From Pseudomonadota bacterium (GTDB lineage: Bacteria > Pseudomonadota > Alphaproteobacteria > Sphingomonadales > CAKZYD01), in assembly GCA_049324415.1 (NCBI GenBank), contig JBMOOS010000039.1, positions 20,363 to 84,362 of the forward strand: a stretch of DNA of 64,000 bases, given 5' to 3'. Under the pieces are notes generated by a model that saw only the letters and a list, made by a program, of their open reading frames with translations, made no database searches and was not told where the DNA came from. This document shows, piece by piece, positions 35,229 through 44,640 of the stretch (position 1 is its first letter; every line of letters begins with the position of its first letter). A program made the translations under genes and the position numbers.

Positions 35229-38017
35229 CAGGCTCCCGCCCCCTGATATTCGGCGACCGCCTCGACGCAGCGGCGGCACAGGTCGGGCGCCTGCGGCGTT
35301 GACCCCACCTCCGGCAACACCTGCCAGCAGCGCTGGCATTTCTCGCCCGCCGCCGGGGCGAAGGCGACGGCGACATCGGGCACCTCGGCCAGGCGAAAAG
35401 CGGCGGCCGGCGCGTCCTCGCCGCTAAGCCGCGCGCCCGAAGTGATGAAGACTTCAGCCGGGTCGAGCCCTTCGAAGGCCGCCAGCGTCTCGGCGCACTT
35501 CACATAAACGATGGGCGCGGCCTGCAGGCTGGCGCCGATCACCTTGTCGCGGCGGGCGATCTCCAGCGCCCCGGTGACGACCCGGCGCACCGCCCGCACC
35601 TGCCGCCATTTGGCCTCCAGCGCGTCGTCGCGCCAAGCGGCGGGCAGAGAGGGAAACAGGCGCTCGTGGACCGAGCCTTGGCCATCGCCATGCCGGGTGC
35701 GCCAGACTTCCTCGGAGGTGAAGACGAGGATCGGCGCGAACCAGGCGGTGAGGCAATCAAAAACCGTATCGAGCACCGTGCGCGCGGCGCGGCGGCGCAA
35801 GGAGGATGGCGCGTCGCAATAGAGCGTATCCTTGCGGATATCGAAATAAAAAGCCGACAGGTCGAGAATGCAAAAGCTGTGAAGCGCGGTATAGACCTTG
35901 TTGAGGTCATAAGCGGCGATGGCGGCGCGGATTTTCTCGTCGAGCAGGGCAAGCCGATGCAGCACCCAGCGCTCGAGCTCGGGCATCGCCTCGGCCGCCA
36001 CCCGCTCGGCCGCGGTAAAGCCGGAAAGATTGCCCAAAAGATAGCGGAAGGTATTGCGGATCTTGCGATAAGCGTCCACCTGGCCGCGCAGGATCTCCTC
36101 GCTGATGCGCTGATCCTCGAAATAGTCGGTGGAGGCCGCCCAGAGGCGCAGGATATCAGCGCCATACTGGTCCACCACTTTTTGCGGCGCCACCACATTG
36201 CCCAGCGACTTCGACATCTTGCGTCCCTCGGCGTCGAGGGTGAAGCCGTGGGTCACCACGTCGCTGAAGGGCGCCTTGCCCCGGGTGCCCACCGACTCGA
36301 GCAAGGACGACTGGAACCAGCCGCGATGCTGGTCCGAGCCTTCGAGGTAAAGCACCCGCTCGGCATTTTGAAGTTGGGGCCGGGTCTCCACGACGAAGGC
36401 GTGGGTCGAGCCCGAATCGAACCAAACGTCGAGGATGTCCTTAACCTGCTCATAGTCCGCCGCGGCATAAGCGCCGCCGAGCAAATCTTGCAAAGGCGTG
36501 GTGAACCAGGCATCGGCGCCGCCGGCGCGCATGGCGGCGATGATGCGCGCGTTCACCGCCTCGTCGATGAGGATTTCGCCGCTCGCCTTGTGGACGAAGA
36601 GGGTGATGGGCACGCCCCAGGCGCGCTGGCGGGAGATCACCCAGTCGGGCCGCTCGGCGACCATCGCCCTGATGCGGTTCTTGGCCTGCGGCGGGAACCA
36701 TTGCACCCGCTCGATCTCGGCCAAGGCCTTGTCGCGCAGCCCGTTCTTGTCCATCGACACGAACCATTGCGCGGTGGCGCGGAAGATGAGCGGCGCCTTG
36801 GAGCGCCAGGAATGGGGGTAGCTGTGCACCAGCTTGCCCCTGGCAAGGAGCGCCCCGCCCAAAAGATCGCAGACGATGGGGTCGGCCTTGAACACATGTA
36901 CGCCGGCGACCAGCGGCACATGGTCATGGAAGCGCCCATCACCGCCCACCGTCATCGGCACCTCGAGGCCGAATTGCTGGCCGACGGCGAAATCCTCCTC
37001 GCCATGGCCTGGCGCGGTATGGACAAAGCCGGTGCCGGCCTCGGTGGTGACATGCGCCCCAGGCAGCAGGGGGACATCGAAGTCATAGCCCCGGCCGCGC
37101 CAGGGATGGGCGCACAAGGTGCCGTGTAAATCCCTCCCTTGGAGGCGTGAAACGACCGTCAAATCCCCAATGCCGGCGCGCGCGCCAAAGGCTTCGACAA
37201 GCGCCTCGGCCAGAACCAGGCGGCGGCCTTTCGTTTCGGCAACGACATAAGCAATGTCTGGACCATAACAAATTGCCCGGTTGCCCGGCATGGTCCAGGG
37301 CGTCGTCGTCCAGATGACGATCTCGGTGTCTCGCAGCGCGGCAACGGACGGCGCCACCACCTTGAAGGCGACGTCGATTTGCGTCGATTCATGGTCGTGA
37401 TATTCGATTTCCGCCTCAGCCAGGGCGGTTTGTTCCACCACAGACCACATCACCGGCTTGGCGCCGCGATAAAGGCTGCCAGCACGGGCGAATTTCAACA
37501 GTTCCTCGGCGATCCTCGCCTCGGCCTCGAAAGCCATGGTGGTGTAGGGATTGTCCCAATCGCCCATGACGCCAAGGCGCTTGAACTGCTCCCGCTGGAT
37601 ATCGAGCCATTTGGCGGCGAAGGCGCGGCATTGGGCGCGAAACGCGATGGGATCGATTGCGTCCTTTAAGGTGCCAGCCTTACGATAGGCCTCCTCGACC
37701 TTCCATTCGATCGGCAAGCCATGGCAGTCCCAGCCCGGCACATAGGGCGCGTCGAAGCCCAGCATGGCGTGGGCGCGCACGACAAAGTCCTTCAAGATCT
37801 TATTAAGGGCGGTGCCGATATGGATTTCGCCATTGGCGTAGGGCGGGCCGTCGTGGAGGACATATTTGGGCCGCCCTTGGGCCGCCTTGCGCAGCCGCCC
37901 ATAAAGGTCCTCATCCGCCCAGCGCTTGAGCCAGAGGGGCTCGGACGCCGGCAGGCCGGCCTTCATCGGCAGATCGGTCTTGGGCAGGAAAACGGTGGAC
38001 TTATAGTCGCTGGACAT
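35228..38017 (-). CDS. ileS: isoleucine--tRNA ligase
   Basis: PPYANGEIHIGTALNK (HIGH-type), KMSKS, an editing domain and a C-terminal Cys4 zinc motif (CQRCW...CRRC). Confidence 0.98.
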   Translation of the reverse strand: MSSDYKSTVFLPKTDLPMKAGLPASEPLWLKRWADEDLYGRLRKAAQGRPKYVLHDGPPYANGEIHIGTALNKILKDFVVRAHAMLGFDAPYVPGWDCHGLPIEWKVEEAYRKAGTLKDAIDPIAFRAQCRAFAAKWLDIQREQFKRLGVMGDWDNPYTTMAFEAEARIAEELLKFARAGSLYRGAKPVMWSVVEQTALAEAEIEYHDHESTQIDVAFKVVAPSVAALRDTEIVIWTTTPWTMPGNRAICYGPDIAYVVAETKGRRLVLAEALVEAFGARAGIGDLTVVSRLQGRDLHGTLCAHPWRGRGYDFDVPLLPGAHVTTEAGTGFVHTAPGHGEEDFAVGQQFGLEVPMTVGGDGRFHDHVPLVAGVHVFKADPIVCDLLGGALLARGKLVHSYPHSWRSKAPLIFRATAQWFVSMDKNGLRDKALAEIERVQWFPPQAKNRIRAMVAERPDWVISRQRAWGVPITLFVHKASGEILIDEAVNARIIAAMRAGGADAWFTTPLQDLLGGAYAAADYEQVKDILDVWFDSGSTHAFVVETRPQLQNAERVLYLEGSDQHRGWFQSSLLESVGTRGKAPFSDVVTHGFTLDAEGRKMSKSLGNVVAPQKVVDQYGADILRLWAASTDYFEDQRISEEILRGQVDAYRKIRNTFRYLLGNLSGFTAAERVAAEAMPELERWVLHRLALLDEKIRAAIAAYDLNKVYTALHSFCILDLSAFYFDIRKDTLYCDAPSSLRRRAARTVLDTVFDCLTAWFAPILVFTSEEVWRTRHGDGQGSVHERLFPSLPAAWRDDALEAKWRQVRAVRRVVTGALEIARRDKVIGASLQAAPIVYVKCAETLAAFEGLDPAEVFITSGARLSGEDAPAAAFRLAEVPDVAVAFAPAAGEKCQRCWQVLPEVGSTPQAPDLCRRCVEAVAEYQGAGA

Positions 38018-38200
38018 GGGGTTTCGGGCTCAACTGTCAAAAAATCCAACATCTAAGGAAAAGGCGAGCTTCCCGGCGCCCGTCACCTAAGCGCCGGGGC
38101 GATAATTCGCGAGAATTGAGCCACGTCTTGCCACGCCATGGCGCCCTTCTAGCGGCGCGACCACCCCCTGTCGAGGGGCTTTGTGCAAGCAAGGCAGCCC

Positions 38201-39175
38201 TTAAAGACAATCGGCAAGCCTCGGCGCGGGGAACCGATCGGCGGCATTGGCGGGCTCGGCGAGAAGACGCCGCGCCGCCGCGCAATCCTTGGCGATTTGC
38301 TCTCGCAGCGCTTCGCGCCCGGTGAATTTTTCCTCCCCACGGATGAACCCCACCAGCTCGACGCGCACCGCCCGGCCGTAAAAATCGCCTTGGACCTCGA
38401 AAAGATGCGCTTCCAACACCACGTCGCTCTCACCAAAGGTGGGCCGCCGGCCGATATTGGCAACGCCGTCATAAGACGCACCGCCCATTCCCACCCGCAC
38501 GGCGTAGACGCCGAGGCGCGGCCGCAGATAGTCGGTCATGGCCAGGTTCAAGGTGGGAAAGCCGATTTGCCGCCCCCGCTGGTCGCCCTTCATCACATGG
38601 CCCTCGATGGCCCACCAGTGGCCGAGCAGCTCGGCGGCGGCGTAAGGCTCGCCGGCGCGCAGCTTTTCGCGGATGAGGGTGGAGGAAAAGACCGCCCCCT
38701 TGGCGGCCACCGGTTCGAGCACGTCCAGCCCATAGCCCAAGGCGGGTGCGCGCGCGCGCAGGAGGTCGGCGTTGCCGGCGCGGCCCTTGCCGAAGCGGTA
38801 GTCATAGCCGACGACGAGATGGGCAAGGCCCAATTGTCGGCGCAAGACATCCTCGATGAAGGCCTCGGCGCAGGTCGCCGCCAATTGCGCGTCGAAGGGC
38901 AGCACGAACAGGATATCGACGCCGAATTCCTGCAAATGATGCGCCTTGACGCGGAACGGGGTCAAAAGAAAGGGGGTTTGGTTGGGCTGGAAAAAGAGAC
39001 GCGGGTGCGGCTCGGTGGTCAAGACCGCGAGGGGGCGATCCATAGTGCGGGCGATGCCTCCGGCATGGGCGATGACCGCTTGATGGCCGCGATGAAAGCC
39101 GTCGAAGGTGCCAAGGGCCGCCACGGCGCCCCACGCGGTGGAGGGCAAGGTTGCGCCATGCCGATAAATCTGCAT
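38201..39175 (-). CDS. ribF: bifunctional riboflavin kinase/FAD synthetase
   Basis: GTFDGFHRGHQ and C-terminal kinase motifs (GFPTLN, YAV). Confidence 0.95.
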   Translation of the reverse strand: MQIYRHGATLPSTAWGAVAALGTFDGFHRGHQAVIAHAGGIARTMDRPLAVLTTEPHPRLFFQPNQTPFLLTPFRVKAHHLQEFGVDILFVLPFDAQLAATCAEAFIEDVLRRQLGLAHLVVGYDYRFGKGRAGNADLLRARAPALGYGLDVLEPVAAKGAVFSSTLIREKLRAGEPYAAAELLGHWWAIEGHVMKGDQRGRQIGFPTLNLAMTDYLRPRLGVYAVRVGMGGASYDGVANIGRRPTFGESDVVLEAHLFEVQGDFYGRAVRVELVGFIRGEEKFTGREALREQIAKDCAAARRLLAEPANAADRFPAPRLADCL

Positions 39176-39195
39176 TCGTCCCGTTCACCCCCGCC

Positions 39196-39600
39196 TTATG
39201 CCGGCACCATGATCATCGCCTCGCCGCTGACCACCGGACGCCCCTTGACCCACGCCATGCAGTCGAGTCGCACCCGGCGCCTGGCCGGGATCAGTTCAGC
39301 GATGGTGACTTCCGCTTCGACCTGGTCGCCAATCCACACCGGCGCCAGGAATTTGAAGCTCTGCGACAAATAAATGGCGCCGTGGCCCGGCAACTGGGTG
39401 CCCAGCAGGGTGGAAAACAGGCTGCCCGTCAGCATGCCATGGGCGATGCAGCCGCAAAACTGCGTGCCGCGGGCATAATCCTCGTCGAGATGGACCGGAT
39501 TGGTGTCGCCGGTGATGGCGGCAAAGCCGACCACATCGGCGCGCTCGATGGTCTTGCGCAAGCGCGCCTGCTGTCCGACCACCAGTTTTTCAAAGGCCAT
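39196..39600 (-). CDS. MaoC-like (R)-hydratase/dehydratase domain protein
   Basis: Hot-dog fold signature FAAITGDTNPVHLDEDYA. Track ORF trimmed by 105 codons to MAFEKL. Confidence 0.85.
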   Translation of the reverse strand: MAFEKLVVGQQARLRKTIERADVVGFAAITGDTNPVHLDEDYARGTQFCGCIAHGMLTGSLFSTLLGTQLPGHGAIYLSQSFKFLAPVWIGDQVEAEVTIAELIPARRRVRLDCMAWVKGRPVVSGEAMIMVPA

Positions 39601-39846
39601 CCCGTTTCCCCTCATGACCAAGGTGCGACCTGGCGGGCACTGTAGTGGGACGAGGAAAGGCCGGCAACGCCTTCCTTGCGCTGAGAGCCGGTTTTGAAAC
39701 TCGCCTGGGGCCGTGCCGATGGCGGGCGCGCCGTTAACCGATTTTTTAAGCCACCCGCCTAATCTGCAATCACGGTCGAGCGCACGCCCTGGGCTTGGCG
39801 CGCGATCTGGCGTTAAGGAACTCACAGCCGCGAGAGTTGGGTAGTC

Positions 39847-40233
39847 ATGGCAGTAGACTTGCAGATGCCGATCCTCATCGTCGATGATTATAAGACGATG
39901 CTGAGGATCATTCATAACCTATTGAAGCAGTTGGGCTTCAATAATGTCGATGAAGCGATGGACGGGTCGCAAGCATTGGCCAAGATGCGCGCCAAGAGCT
40001 ATGGTCTGGTGATTTCCGATTGGAACATGGAGCCGATGACCGGCTATGAGCTGCTGAAGGAAGTGCGCGCCGACGAGCACCTCAAGGCGACCCCCTTCAT
40101 CATGGTTACCGCCGAATCGAAAACCGACAACGTCGTCGCCGCCAAGAAGGCGGGGGTCAACAACTATATCGTCAAGCCCTTCAACGCCGCGACGCTGAAA
40201 TCCAAGCTGAGCACGGTGTTGGGGGATTTTTAA
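39847..40233 (+). CDS. cheY: chemotaxis response regulator CheY (stand-alone receiver)
   Basis: ILIVDDY.TM.RII.NLLKQLGFNNV, phospho-acceptor context VISDWNMEPMTG and NNYIVKPF. Very close to the canonical CheY layout. Confidence 0.93.
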   Translation: MAVDLQMPILIVDDYKTMLRIIHNLLKQLGFNNVDEAMDGSQALAKMRAKSYGLVISDWNMEPMTGYELLKEVRADEHLKATPFIMVTAESKTDNVVAAKKAGVNNYIVKPFNAATLKSKLSTVLGDF

Positions 40234-40278
40234 AAAGCACCGGCCTTACGATTTTCCTCGGTCACGCGAAAACAAAGG

Positions 40279-40310
40279 ATGCCGCCGGCTAGACCCGGCG
40301 GCATTTTTTT
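40279..40310 (+). terminator. rho-independent terminator (usable bidirectionally, cheY / EAL gene)
   Basis: Perfect 10-bp GC-rich stem ATGCCGCCGG / CCGGCGGCAT around a 6-nt loop, followed by T7. The opposite strand reads CCTTTGTTTT after the stem. Confidence 0.85.
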
Positions 40311-40346
40311 GGCTCATGCCCCTTGATCCATGGCGCCCTCCCTATG

Positions 40347-41540
40347 TCAGGCGACGCCGCGGGCGGGCTCAGCCTCCATGCTTTCGATCGGACTTTGCCT
40401 GGGGCGGCCGAACAAATAGCCTTGCGCGTAATCGATATCGCGATCGAGGACCTCGACCACCGTCTCTTCCCGCTCGATATGGGTGGCGATGAGGTCGATA
40501 TTCTGCCGCTTGAGGCTGAGCTTGAGCTCGCCGCGCCCGGCTTCTTCTTTGCTGAGCAGCAAGGCCGCGTCCAGTTTCAGGTAAGCCACCTGGTGCCGGG
40601 CCAGGGCGATGGGGTCGAAATCGAGGCTGTCCACATTATCCAGCGAATAACGAAAGCCGGCGCGCGCCAGCCGGGCAAGGTCGTCCCATATGGCCGGCCC
40701 GAAACCCATGGCGTCGGCATAGTCGAACTCGAACACCAGCCTTGGGGCAAGGGCCCGGTTGCGCGACATGAAGTCGACGAATTGCGGGAAGAACTGCGAG
40801 TCTCCAAGCGAGGCGGAAGAGATGTTGCAGAAGAATTTCACCCCCGGCCGGCGATGGCCGAGGCGGCGAATGAGCTGGACGCAGCGGAACAAGATGAGGT
40901 TGTCAAGCGTGCTTGACAGTCCCCGCTCCACCGCGACTTCCAGATAATCCCTGGGAAAAATGATGCGGCCCACCTCGTCGCGCACGCGCGAGAAGCATTC
41001 GTAATGCCAGGGCCGCCGGCTTGGCAGGTGGACGATGGGCTGAACGTGAAGGTCGATGCGGTTTTCCTGAAGCGCGTTGCGCATGATGGCAAAGATATCC
41101 TCCGCGTCATGGCGCGGCGCGGCTTCGCTGGCTTGGGCGGGCGGGCGGGCGGCTTCGGCTTTTGCCCCCGGCTTGTGCTCGACAACCTGCTGGAGCAAGG
41201 TCTGGAGGATTTTCACCTCGGCCATGACCTCCTCCGATTGCCGTTGGGTCGCGGCATCGAATTCAGCACGTGTCCCATCCAGGCTGGCGGCGAAATTCTC
41301 CAGCGCCTTTGCCTGCACCCGCACCGCGCCCTCAAGCGCGGCCTGGCGGCGCTTGAGGGTGCGCAGGCCAAGGCCGCCGCCGATAAGGACATGGAGAAAC
41401 GCGCAGACGAGGAAAACAAGCGCGGCGGCGAGCAGCGTTGCCTCGATGGGCGCCGCTTCCTGCCGCAGGGTCCAGGCGGCGGCGGTGGCGATGGCGGCCG
41501 CGTAGCTGATGGCAAGAACGGCGTGGATAAGGAGTGTCAT
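40347..41540 (-). CDS. membrane-anchored EAL-domain protein (putative c-di-GMP phosphodiesterase)
   Basis: Two N-terminal TM helices and a coiled-coil linker. EAL-domain-like motifs: QPIV, FSR.R, LVFEF, LDN, YLKLD, ATHIEREE, AQGYLFGRP. Track ORF trimmed by 135 codons to MTLLIHAV. Confidence 0.85.
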   Translation of the reverse strand: MTLLIHAVLAISYAAAIATAAAWTLRQEAAPIEATLLAAALVFLVCAFLHVLIGGGLGLRTLKRRQAALEGAVRVQAKALENFAASLDGTRAEFDAATQRQSEEVMAEVKILQTLLQQVVEHKPGAKAEAARPPAQASEAAPRHDAEDIFAIMRNALQENRIDLHVQPIVHLPSRRPWHYECFSRVRDEVGRIIFPRDYLEVAVERGLSSTLDNLILFRCVQLIRRLGHRRPGVKFFCNISSASLGDSQFFPQFVDFMSRNRALAPRLVFEFDYADAMGFGPAIWDDLARLARAGFRYSLDNVDSLDFDPIALARHQVAYLKLDAALLLSKEEAGRGELKLSLKRQNIDLIATHIEREETVVEVLDRDIDYAQGYLFGRPRQSPIESMEAEPARGVA

Positions 41541-41699
41541 GCGAACCTTGTTGGCTTGTCGTTTCCTTGAAAGAAGACATGGTGCCGCGCCGTCGCTTGA
41601 AATATGGTTAACATTTCGCCATGCCAGCGCGAGGACGTGGCATGCACATCTGAGCCAAGCCGGCGTATGCGCCATGCTGGTCGGGGGGAAGGGGACTTG

Positions 41700-42512
41700 A
41701 TGAACATCGATCCCGGCACATTGGCGCTTATCCTGTTGACCGGGCTCGGGGCGGGTTTTGCCGGCGGCCTGCTGGGCATTGGCGGCGGCATCATCATCGT
41801 GCCCACCCTGTTTTCCCTTGCCCCCCTGTTTGGCTGGCCGGCGGCGAGCGCCATGCACCTTGCCGTCGGCACCTCGCTTGCCACCATCATCGTCACCGCG
41901 GCGGTCTCGGCGGCGGGCCATGGCCGCCGCGGCGCCATCGACCATGGCCTCCTCAAGCGCTGGATACCTACCCTTCTTCTTGGCGTCGTCCTTGCCAGTC
42001 TCGCCGCCGGCCCCCTTAAGAGCACGGTTCTATCCGGCCTTTTCAGCGTCATCGCCTTCGCCGTCGCCCTCAACATGGCGCGCACGGCGCCTCTTGCGGT
42101 GGCGGCCCATTTGCCCGCCCGCTGGATCCAGCACGGCCTGGCCCTGGCCATCGGCTTATTGTCGACCTTGATGGGAATTGGCGGCGGCACCTTGAGCGTA
42201 CCGGTGCTGACCGCCTATGGGATGCCGATCCATCGCGCGGTGGGCAGCGCCGCCGCGCTTGGGGTCGCCATCGCCGTCGTCGGCGCCGCCGGCTTCGTGT
42301 TCGCGGGCCTTGCCGCCGCCCAGCCCTTGCCGCCAGGCGCCCTCGGCTTTGTCTACCTGCCGGCGGCGCTGCTGATTGTCCCCGGCGCCATGCTGGCGGC
42401 GCCTTGGGGGGTGCGTCTTGCTCATGCGCTCGATGCCAGGCGGTTGCGGCGGGTTTTCGCCCTTGCCTTGATGGCCATCGCTGGCCGCATGATGTGGGCC
42501 GCGCTGGCTTGA
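41700..42512 (+). CDS. sulfite exporter TauE/SafE family protein
   Basis: 7-8 TM helices with a duplicated G.GGG motif (LLGIGGGIIIVP / LMGIGGGTLSVP). Confidence 0.85.
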   Translation: MNIDPGTLALILLTGLGAGFAGGLLGIGGGIIIVPTLFSLAPLFGWPAASAMHLAVGTSLATIIVTAAVSAAGHGRRGAIDHGLLKRWIPTLLLGVVLASLAAGPLKSTVLSGLFSVIAFAVALNMARTAPLAVAAHLPARWIQHGLALAIGLLSTLMGIGGGTLSVPVLTAYGMPIHRAVGSAAALGVAIAVVGAAGFVFAGLAAAQPLPPGALGFVYLPAALLIVPGAMLAAPWGVRLAHALDARRLRRVFALALMAIAGRMMWAALA

Positions 42513-42539
42513 CGGTGATCACATTCCTGCCCCATAGCC

Positions 42540-43415
42540 ATGATAGGGGATACCAGAAGCGCGCAGTGGGGCTGGGGCATAGGCGGCGGACACGCCAGCG
42601 TTAAGAGGCCAAAGGCTTTGAATCGTTTTGTGAGAATTCTTGGCTGGACGGTGGGGCTGGCGATAGCCGCGCTCGTCGGCGGGGGGATTTATGCCTATCT
42701 CAACGGGCAGACCCTGATCCGCGATGCCGTCACCCAATACGGTCCGCAAGTGACCGGCACGCCGGTTTCGCTGCGCTCGGTCTCCTTGGCGCCTTCTTTC
42801 GGAAAGGCCAGCGTGCATGGCTTGGAAATCGGCACGCCCCCGGGCTTTGGCGCGCCCTTCACCTTGCGCCTGGATAAGGCCGACCTGACCCTGGTTCCGC
42901 GCAGCTTGTTCAAGGATACGCTGCACATCCGCAAACTGGAGTTGGTCGCGCCCATCATTGTGTACGAGCCGGGGCGGCGCGGCTCCAACCTGGATGTTTT
43001 GCAACGCAACATCAACGCCTTCAGCACGCGCGTGGCGGCGCAATTCGGCGATGCCGAGGAGGCGCGAGGCAAGTCCCTCATCATCGACGCGCTGGTCATC
43101 CGCCAGCCGCAGCTGCGCATCATGGCGACACAAGCCGGATTGGGCGAGCACGCGCTGACCCTTGCCGACATAACATTAAGGGATATCGGCGTCGCCGAAG
43201 GCGGGATAGCGCCAGGGCAAGCGGCGCGCCTGGCGATGGACGCGCTGATGCCGCAGGTCATGGCGGCGCTGGCGTCGCGGCAAGGCCGGCGTCTGCTCGA
43301 CCAAGCGCTGAGGGGAAGGGTCGAGCTTGATGGATCGCTGGTGGAGCAGGGCAAGAAGGCCCTTGGCAGCAAGCTCAAAGACAGGCTAAAGAATATAACT
43401 GGCGAGAAAAACTAA
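42540..43415 (+). CDS. hypothetical membrane-anchored protein (AsmA/DUF748-like?)
   Basis: Single N-terminal TM (FVRILGWTVGLAIAALVGGGIYAYL), then a soluble beta-rich region. Family assignment uncertain. Confidence 0.5.
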   Translation: MIGDTRSAQWGWGIGGGHASVKRPKALNRFVRILGWTVGLAIAALVGGGIYAYLNGQTLIRDAVTQYGPQVTGTPVSLRSVSLAPSFGKASVHGLEIGTPPGFGAPFTLRLDKADLTLVPRSLFKDTLHIRKLELVAPIIVYEPGRRGSNLDVLQRNINAFSTRVAAQFGDAEEARGKSLIIDALVIRQPQLRIMATQAGLGEHALTLADITLRDIGVAEGGIAPGQAARLAMDALMPQVMAALASRQGRRLLDQALRGRVELDGSLVEQGKKALGSKLKDRLKNITGEKN

Positions 43416-43459
43416 AATCCCCTTCAATGGGCATTCAATAAAATGAGGAGGTGTTGACA

Positions 43460-43771
43460 ATGACGAAACAGTTGGAACTGATGCGCCGCCTGGGCCTTGG
43501 CCTTGCTGTGAGCCTGCCTTTGGCCTTGGCTGCCTGCGGCAAGGAGAAAAGCCAGCAAGCCGAGGAGGCCGTGGAAACCGCGACCGAAGCCGCCGATAGC
43601 GCCGCTACGGCAACACAGGAAGCGGTCGAGGCGACGGGCGAGGCCGCCGGCGACATGATGGACGGCGCGGCGGAAGCGATGGGCGATGCCATGGACGCCG
43701 CGCAGCATGAAGGCGCCGCCATGATGGAAGGCGCCGCCGAAGCGGCCAAGGAAGAAGCGCCGAAGAACTGA
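43460..43771 (+). CDS. small acidic Ala/Glu-rich lipoprotein
   Basis: Lipobox LALAAC. GAGGAG SD 9 nt upstream of the ATG. A strong terminator follows. Confidence 0.65.
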   Translation: MTKQLELMRRLGLGLAVSLPLALAACGKEKSQQAEEAVETATEAADSAATATQEAVEATGEAAGDMMDGAAEAMGDAMDAAQHEGAAMMEGAAEAAKEEAPKN

Positions 43772-43778
43772 TGCCAAA

Positions 43779-43812
43779 GCGCGATGAGGATGACTCATCG
43801 CGCGCTTGTTTT
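43779..43812 (+). terminator. rho-independent terminator
   Basis: Stem GCGCGATGAG / CTCATCGCGC (10 bp), 5-nt loop, then GCTTGTTTT. Confidence 0.75.
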
Positions 43813-44041
43813 AAGTCCGCGCGGCGCTTCAATGCTTCGGATCGCTCATGCCGTGGCGCGCGTGCGATCCGGTGTGGGTTTTTTTCGCGCATAAGGGGCC
43901 GTGCCAGGCGTTGCTTGGCCGGCCCCGTTTCATTTGGCGTTGCGGTTTTTATCCGCCTGCGCGAAAAAGGCGCTACCGTCGCCCGGCGAGGGGTGATAGC
44001 GTGCTTGCCGTGATTTTCAACGACACAGGGGAGAACCCAGA

Positions 44042-44341
44042 ATGAGCCTCGCAGAAGTCACCCAGCAGATGAAAAGCCGGATTGGCGATGGCGCTGGAAT
44101 CGGCAAGGTGATCAAGTTCGACTTCGGCGGCGACGGCGTGCTGCGCATCGACGATTCGCAAAGCCCGGCCGTGGTCAATAACGAGGACGGCGCGGCGGAC
44201 GTCACGATCAAGGTGACGATGGATGACTTCAAGGCGATCGCCAGCGGCGAGCAAAACCCGCAAATGGCGTTCATGATGGGCAAGCTGAAAATCGAAGGCG
44301 ACATGGGGCTAGCCATGCGGCTGGGCCAGATCCTGGGATAG
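44042..44341 (+). CDS. SCP2 sterol-binding domain-containing protein
   Basis: 99 aa ending ...QNPQMAFMMGKLKIEGDMGLAMRLGQIL, the typical SCP2 C-terminal signature. Confidence 0.85.
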   Translation: MSLAEVTQQMKSRIGDGAGIGKVIKFDFGGDGVLRIDDSQSPAVVNNEDGAADVTIKVTMDDFKAIASGEQNPQMAFMMGKLKIEGDMGLAMRLGQILG

Positions 44342-44640
44342 GACGTCGCCAAGCGCGCAAGTCAATGCCTGGCGAGGCGTAAAGCTTGGCTGTATCGCAG
44401 CGCAAGAGGGGTGGTGTTTTACCTTGGCTTTTTTTTGAAGGATTTGAGAGGTTCTTTAGTAAATTCCAGCGATGACCACAATATTGGCAAAGGAACAGCG
44501 GTCGCACGAGCCGGTTAACCTTTTTACTTAAGCGATCGTTTACACGGCGCACGACAAGCTGATGAAAGAGCAAGCCGGCAAGAAAATACAATGCCCGGCT
44601 TATCCGCCACCGTCTGGCAAGGGGACATGAGGCCGAAAGG

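Noticed and set aside
35666-37129. Long antisense or out-of-frame ORFs in the track. Examples: 35666..37129 + (487 aa) opposite ileS, 38183..39373 + opposite ribF, 11397..12482 + opposite the phosphotransferase gene, 19737..20729 + opposite the S9 peptidase, 7232..8218 - opposite ctpA, 682..1410 - opposite obg, 4387..5481 -, and 25393..27039 - pieces.
   Set aside because: They overlap confidently identified genes on the other strand or in another frame. They have Arg/Ala/Gly/Pro-dominated low-information composition typical of stop-free shadow frames in high-GC DNA, and no recognisable motifs.
39734-39749. CtrA-box-like TTAACCGATTTTTTAA about 100 bp upstream of cheY.
   Set aside because: The spacing is TTAA-N8-TTAA, not the canonical TTAA-N7-TTAA. 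A single off-spacing match in an intergenic region is not enough to call a CtrA site.
44342-44640. 300-bp lower-GC spacer with a T8 tract (about 44426-44434) after the SCP2 gene. Considered as a terminator, sRNA or small ORF.
   Set aside because: I found no convincing stem preceding the T-run, no ORF with an SD, and no recognisable RNA motif. Most simply it is the promoter region of the downstream secreted-protein gene.
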